Below are positions 24,663-28,779 of a DNA stretch of 28,779 nt, piece by piece. Made by a program: the position numbers and the translations under genes. Source of the stretch: a virus (lineage: Duplodnaviria > Caudoviricetes). Each line of letters opens with the position of its first letter. Position 1 is the stretch's first letter. Where the stretch lies: positions 1 through 28,779 of the IMG/VR virus record IMGVR_UViG_3300028837_001194, one strand, 5' to 3'. The notes under the pieces are model-generated. The model was not told the DNA's origin. It did not search any database and saw only the letters and a list, made by a program, of their open reading frames with translations.

Positions 24663-24880
24663 TACCTTCTCCTGCGTTTACGTCTTGTCTTTCTCTTTAC
24701 TGTCTGTACGCCGCTTGCAATCGTCCTACCACCTCGCGGCCCCTTCTTTGACATAACCCTGACGTGAATATATTTGCCAGGTTTCGGCTTTATCGTCCTG
24801 ATTCGCAGAACCTTGCCACGACCCTTTACTTTGCCGCCTGGCTTGTCCGGTAGCTTTCTTTTGCAACCTTTTCCTGTCAT
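24662..24880 (-). CDS. 72-aa extremely basic protein
   Basis: Lys/Arg/Gly-rich with a single acidic residue, ending KRKTRRKRRRR. Coupled by overlaps at both ends. Confidence 0.75.
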   Translation of the reverse strand: MTGKGCKRKLPDKPGGKVKGRGKVLRIRTIKPKPGKYIHVRVMSKKGPRGGRTIASGVQTVKRKTRRKRRRR

Positions 24881-25155
24881 TGTAATTTACCCTTCTCTTG
24901 CATTTTAGCTCTGATGTATTCGCTCCTCTTTTCAAACCAGCTTCTTCTTGACATCTTTTGTGCCATAGCGTAGAATCTCATCCGCAAATTCACATTGCCC
25001 GTCATATCAAATATCAAGTCGGCAAGTTTATCCATAAACCTTGAATCGGGATGCACATCAGTTATCTCCCAAAACATATCCTCAAACGTCTTTTGCTCTT
25101 TTTTAGTTAGTGGCATCGCTAAACTCCTTCTGCATCCTTTGCCTGGCATTATCAT
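24877..25155 (-). CDS. Hypothetical protein (possible starts at 25155/25149 or 25116)
   Basis: TAAGGAG precedes the first ATGs, and a second AAGGAG precedes the internal MPLTKK start. Confidence 0.65.
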   Translation of the reverse strand: MIMPGKGCRRSLAMPLTKKEQKTFEDMFWEITDVHPDSRFMDKLADLIFDMTGNVNLRMRFYAMAQKMSRRSWFEKRSEYIRAKMQEKGKLQ

Positions 25156-25167
25156 CGCTCCTTATAG

Positions 25168-25353
25168 TCACGCCTGCTTCTTTTTCATAGGTTCATATAC
25201 TTTCCAGGCTTCCCCCAGTCCATCCAAGTATATCCATTTCCCGCATTTCATACATCTATAACATACAGCCCTAACAGAGCCATCCGGCCACATAAGTATA
25301 GGCGCCTCTTTTTCTACATACATATTTGTTGTATGTTGGCAAATATCTAACAT
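25168..25353 (-). CDS. Small zinc-ribbon-like protein, 61 aa
   Basis: CQH...CYRCMKCG motif; AGGAG RBS. Confidence 0.65.
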   Translation of the reverse strand: MLDICQHTTNMYVEKEAPILMWPDGSVRAVCYRCMKCGKWIYLDGLGEAWKVYEPMKKKQA

Positions 25354-25354
25354 T

Positions 25355-25588
25355 TTACGCTCCTGTCAATCCCAATAACGCCTTCTTGCCCAGAGTTAAA
25401 TTGTCCCAGTCCTGATTGATAAATGCGGCAGCGAGCTTGAGCCTGTTCTTTTCGTCCTCACTCACCTGCGTTACCGGTTCTGCCGTCCGCCTTGCCTGCT
25501 GTGCTGTAGCCGTCGGCATTACAACCTTATGTCCGCCGCCACCACCGCCGAATAAAGCATCCAAAACCGTAATCAATGCGAAATTCAT
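25355..25588 (-). CDS. Small virion protein of the pre-portal type (T7 gp7.3-like position), 77 aa
   Basis: LFGGGGGG near the N-terminus and KKALLG near the C-terminus, a pattern common in podovirus pre-portal proteins. Confidence 0.6.
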   Translation of the reverse strand: MNFALITVLDALFGGGGGGHKVVMPTATAQQARRTAEPVTQVSEDEKNRLKLAAAFINQDWDNLTLGKKALLGLTGA

Positions 25589-25589
25589 A

Positions 25590-25745
25590 TTACGCTCCCT
25601 TCGCTCTCAATATCTTAATTGCATCTTTTATAAGTGTGTTTTTGCTTTTGCCCGATTGACCACCCAATGCTTCTTCCAATATTTCAATAGCTCTATCTTC
25701 TTTTTTTCTCGGTTTCTCTAATATTGCTTGTTCTTCTGCTGGCAT
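25590..25745 (-). CDS. 51-aa hypothetical protein; not in the ORF track
   Basis: MPAEEQAILEKPRKKEDRAIEILEEALGGQSGKSKNTLIKDAIKILRAKGA*. GGGAG RBS; it exactly fills the gap after terL. Confidence 0.75.
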   Translation of the reverse strand: MPAEEQAILEKPRKKEDRAIEILEEALGGQSGKSKNTLIKDAIKILRAKGA

Positions 25746-25746
25746 A

Positions 25747-27324
25747 TTACGCTCCCTTTCTCTTTCTGAATCCTCTGCTGAGGACGTTATTTGAGTATGG
25801 ACTCTTCCTTGGCATTGTTATTCTCTGTATATGGTCACCAACACGAATACCCTGAACGTACAAAGTATAATACTTGACTGCCATATGGCCGAAAGAATCG
25901 GCGATATGTATGTCAATAGTATCTCTCACCGGTTCTTCAAAGAATACCGGCCTGTCATCAGTCGATAGCTGTGTATTCTTGCGCCGTCGAAACTTCATTA
26001 AGCCGACATATCCTGTTTCGCACTTTTCCTTATCAAAAAAGACCTTCGGCATAATGTTCTTTATTGACCTTATTCTGTCGTCGAAAGAGTGTGGCTCGAC
26101 CGTCCTTAGGTCAATACCGAGCCTCTTTGCTTCGTGTATAGTTGTTTCGCCTGTTTGAAAGCTTTTGCTGTTACTGCCGTGTTTAGGTTCTAAGTCGGGT
26201 CCCGCCCAATGCTCACCATATACATACGGCCTGTCCTGCAATAACTTCGCAAAGTGTGGCAAGCCCTGGCCTAAGTCATCGTAATAATGTTCAATACAGT
26301 TAATCTTCTCACCCTTGAATTGAACAAACCAAAGAGATGTATAAATATTGCCTGTGTCCCAAAAAGTGAATACCTTAGCCGATGGGTCGTGCGGTACAAA
26401 TGTTATTCTTCCCTGTTCTTCTGCAAGCGCCATTTCCTTGCCGAGATATGTACCTTCCATAGAGGCCCTGAACGCCTCATCCGCCGTTGACGGGTGCTCT
26501 TTATACATATCAGTACCCAAAGTGCGTTTCTTGACTACATACCAAGCCCTTTGTTCTGGCGTTATCTCTTTTTTATAGATGACCTCTAAAACATTGAAGT
26601 ATTCGTTCATTTTTGGTGTTATTGCTATATCTTCAGGCTCGATAACATTGTCCGGCTTTTCGTGCCATGCAAAGAAATGAAACTTATAATCCAATTTAGA
26701 CAGCTTCTGTCCGCTCTTCTTCAGCCCTTCGGCTGTCTTACATAGCGAATGAAAATCATTACCCATACCTTCGGCTGTCGATTCAATGAATATAAACCCG
26801 TTCTCGTGGACTGTCTCTGTAGCTCCATCTTTAATCTCTTTGGCCTTTTCTGGTGCGTGGGCACACACATAACCGTATTCTGATATATGAAGATACTGCA
26901 GCGTTCCCGAGCGCATAGAAGTACTGACGTAAATGCTGCTGTTATTGCTTAACAAGAGTTCTTCAACTGAATCCTTTGTCTGATATATTGTTTGTTTTAT
27001 AGACTTCGGCAGCCTGTCATAAGCATATTTGACCTTATCCCTGAAAATCTTTTTTGCATCTTCTAATCTGTGAGCGATTATGCCAGCCCTTACATTCTCG
27101 TTGAATAAGCAGGCGTCAAGAAAGAATATACAGATAAATGTCGTTATCCCGTGTTGCCTGCTTTTGAGTATGATGTTGAGCCACCACATAGCCATATATA
27201 AAGCGTACTGTACGGCGTTTAGGTGAAAACGTATCTTATTGCCTTGGTCGTCCATAATCCAATAAAGATTATTGAGCCGCCATAGCCGATTATCCAGATT
27301 GTCTTTAAGTTCTTTCGTCGTCAC
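25747..27324 (-). CDS. terL: Terminase large subunit
   Basis: WRLNNLYWI, Walker A-like ILKSRQHGITT, Walker B-like LHISEY, FIESTAEG, nuclease WDTG...HIADSF. Confidence 0.95.
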   Translation of the reverse strand: MTTKELKDNLDNRLWRLNNLYWIMDDQGNKIRFHLNAVQYALYMAMWWLNIILKSRQHGITTFICIFFLDACLFNENVRAGIIAHRLEDAKKIFRDKVKYAYDRLPKSIKQTIYQTKDSVEELLLSNNSSIYVSTSMRSGTLQYLHISEYGYVCAHAPEKAKEIKDGATETVHENGFIFIESTAEGMGNDFHSLCKTAEGLKKSGQKLSKLDYKFHFFAWHEKPDNVIEPEDIAITPKMNEYFNVLEVIYKKEITPEQRAWYVVKKRTLGTDMYKEHPSTADEAFRASMEGTYLGKEMALAEEQGRITFVPHDPSAKVFTFWDTGNIYTSLWFVQFKGEKINCIEHYYDDLGQGLPHFAKLLQDRPYVYGEHWAGPDLEPKHGSNSKSFQTGETTIHEAKRLGIDLRTVEPHSFDDRIRSIKNIMPKVFFDKEKCETGYVGLMKFRRRKNTQLSTDDRPVFFEEPVRDTIDIHIADSFGHMAVKYYTLYVQGIRVGDHIQRITMPRKSPYSNNVLSRGFRKRKGA

Positions 27325-27844
27325 TTGGCAACTTCCCTTTACTTGGCGATAACTCCTTTAACAATTCCGCCAATCCCTGTGCTTTCTGTTTTTCGTGTAC
27401 TTCGTATATACCAAAGTGCTTACCCAAATTGTCTAAAGCCTTGTTCTTATCCCAGAATCTCACTTTGTTTATATAACCATTCAGTTTCCTATTTTTGCCT
27501 GTACCTTCATACTCTTCTGTTACTTCAATCGAGGCTATAGCCTTGCGTGAATCAATAGGTATATCTTTTATGCTCATCAAGCAACCATCGTCGTCGATTA
27601 CATCAGCAACATCTAAAAGAGCTATTCGAGCCATCTCTTTAATTACATCATCCGCTTTGACTTGAAGGCGGTCTTGCTGTTCTGTTTTCAACTCCTCAAT
27701 TCTTTTTGAAATCTCAACATTTCTCAACAGGCGTTCACCTTGTGAACTTGCTGTCTTTTTACTATAACCTGCCCTTATCGCTGCTTGGGTAGCGTTTAAG
27801 TCAATTATATACTCTCTACAGAATTTTTCTTTTTTAGGGGTCAT
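27305..27844 (-). CDS. terS: Terminase small subunit
   Basis: FCREYIIDLNATQAAIRAGYSKKTA..G.RLL and DKNKALDNLGKHFG motifs; overlaps terL. Confidence 0.95.
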   Translation of the reverse strand: MTPKKEKFCREYIIDLNATQAAIRAGYSKKTASSQGERLLRNVEISKRIEELKTEQQDRLQVKADDVIKEMARIALLDVADVIDDDGCLMSIKDIPIDSRKAIASIEVTEEYEGTGKNRKLNGYINKVRFWDKNKALDNLGKHFGIYEVHEKQKAQGLAELLKELSPSKGKLPSDDERT

Positions 27845-27880
27845 ATTTTGTCGGCCTGCCTGTTTTCAATTTATCTTCCT

Positions 27881-28779
27881 TTAATCCGTCAAATCGGTAG
27901 CTGTAACAACACCATTTATAACCTCAATCCTGTAATACTTCCCGTTTGTTGTATCTTTTAGGATAACACCTTTATAAGCTTTCGGGCTGTCATCGTCATT
28001 TCTGCCGAGATAGTATGTGTCATCGTCAACAGGTTGTATATTCCCACCGACCGAAAGAACACCTGTTCCTACCTCTTTCGGATTGATAATCATATCTGTT
28101 CCATCATAATAAACAGAAGCATCTTCGCCTGTTCCGAAAAGCGTTTTCTGGCTGTCATTTGCCAACAGATTCTTGGTTGTGGCTGCTGTTTCAGCCGTAT
28201 AGATTCCATAGTTTTGAGCTGTTCCCCCCGTAGCTCTTCCAATATAAATGCCATAAACATTTGTAACATCACCAGGTAAAATATTGTGAGTACCCGCATT
28301 AAATCTTCCGCCGATTGAATTAGTAACAGTACCGCTATAATATTCACCTCCAATAACTACACTGTTTCCATACATACCTGTAACATTAGTTACATCATAA
28401 GTACCAAGAGAAACGACGGCGGAAAAATAACCGTATATTGAGGAATTATCAGCGGTTGGTTGCCAATAGGTAGAACTATCTAAAGCATAAAATAGTCCCG
28501 TCCCAGTAATGGGGTTTGCTAAATCTCCACCCACTAATACACCAGACTTTTGAGCCGATTCACCAACTATAACTGCACTACCACCTCCCGTTAAAACACC
28601 AATGCCGCCATTTACCAGAGTTTTTGAATTTGTGGTATCAACAGTAAATACATCTTTGGCATCAACATTTTGCCTTACAAGCAATGCTTCAGTTGATGTA
28701 TTATCTATAGTTAAATCACCATCCATCTGGTCGGAAGTATTAAGAAGATAATCACTATGTGCCTGAGAATTGTCCTGTG
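27881..28779 (-). CDS. Tail fibre / receptor-binding-like protein, C-terminal part (5' end outside the window)
   Basis: The frame is open from the window edge (..QAHSDYLLNTSDQMDGDLTID). It has Gly/Thr/Val-rich beta repeats (NVYGIYI, NYGIYT) and a terminal GVILKDTTNGKYYRIEVINGVV motif seen in phage fibres. Confidence 0.65.
   Translation of the reverse strand, partial: QDNSQAHSDYLLNTSDQMDGDLTIDNTSTEALLVRQNVDAKDVFTVDTTNSKTLVNGGIGVLTGGGSAVIVGESAQKSGVLVGGDLANPITGTGLFYALDSSTYWQPTADNSSIYGYFSAVVSLGTYDVTNVTGMYGNSVVIGGEYYSGTVTNSIGGRFNAGTHNILPGDVTNVYGIYIGRATGGTAQNYGIYTAETAATTKNLLANDSQKTLFGTGEDASVYYDGTDMIINPKEVGTGVLSVGGNIQPVDDDTYYLGRNDDDSPKAYKGVILKDTTNGKYYRIEVINGVVTATDLTD

Larger units (their letters stand above)
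1..28779 (-). mobile_element. Podovirus-like phage/prophage packaging, head, tail and ejection gene operon (BPP-1/T7-like gene order)
   Basis: Co-oriented, abutting or overlapping ORFs in the order terS-terL-portal-scaffold-MCP-cement-adaptor-nozzle-ejection proteins. No host genes or att sites are visible in the window. Confidence 0.95.

Noticed and set aside
25747-27324. Intein or intron in terL
   Set aside because: The length is normal, the motifs are contiguous, and no splicing or homing endonuclease motifs were seen.
1-28779. Diversity-generating retroelement, suggested by the BPP-1-like head genes
   Set aside because: No reverse transcriptase and no template/variable repeat pair differing at adenines was seen in this window.

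Overview
The whole window is one tightly packed, minus-strand morphogenesis operon of a short-tailed (podovirus-like) phage or prophage. Its head genes resemble those of Bordetella phage BPP-1. In transcription order (right to left) it holds: a partial tail-fibre-like gene, terS, terL, a cluster of mini-genes, portal, small ORFs, scaffold, major capsid protein, Bbp16-like cement protein, an Ala/Lys-rich ORF, a 1525-aa four-domain beta-helix protein, a LamG protein, a 309-aa protein, a Gly/Arg peptide, tail adaptor (tubular A), a tail nozzle (tubular B) split over three genes, a GNAT-like gp13 analogue, ejection proteins (gp14/15/16 analogues) and a partial small membrane protein. The most unusual feature is that six virion-type proteins, including all three nozzle pieces, start with classical Sec-type signal peptides, whereas terminase, portal, capsid, adaptor and ejection proteins do not. 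This suggests virion parts are made in two cell compartments. The nozzle N-terminal module exists as two paralogues, one carrying a ~370-aa inserted domain. Other signals include a GRPTKY mini-ORF ending in CCC-TAA at the terS start, a likely structured leader before the capsid gene, an in-frame 3x11-bp repeat, repeated gene-junction motifs and unannotated basic micro-ORFs. All family assignments come from motif recognition by eye, not from database searches.
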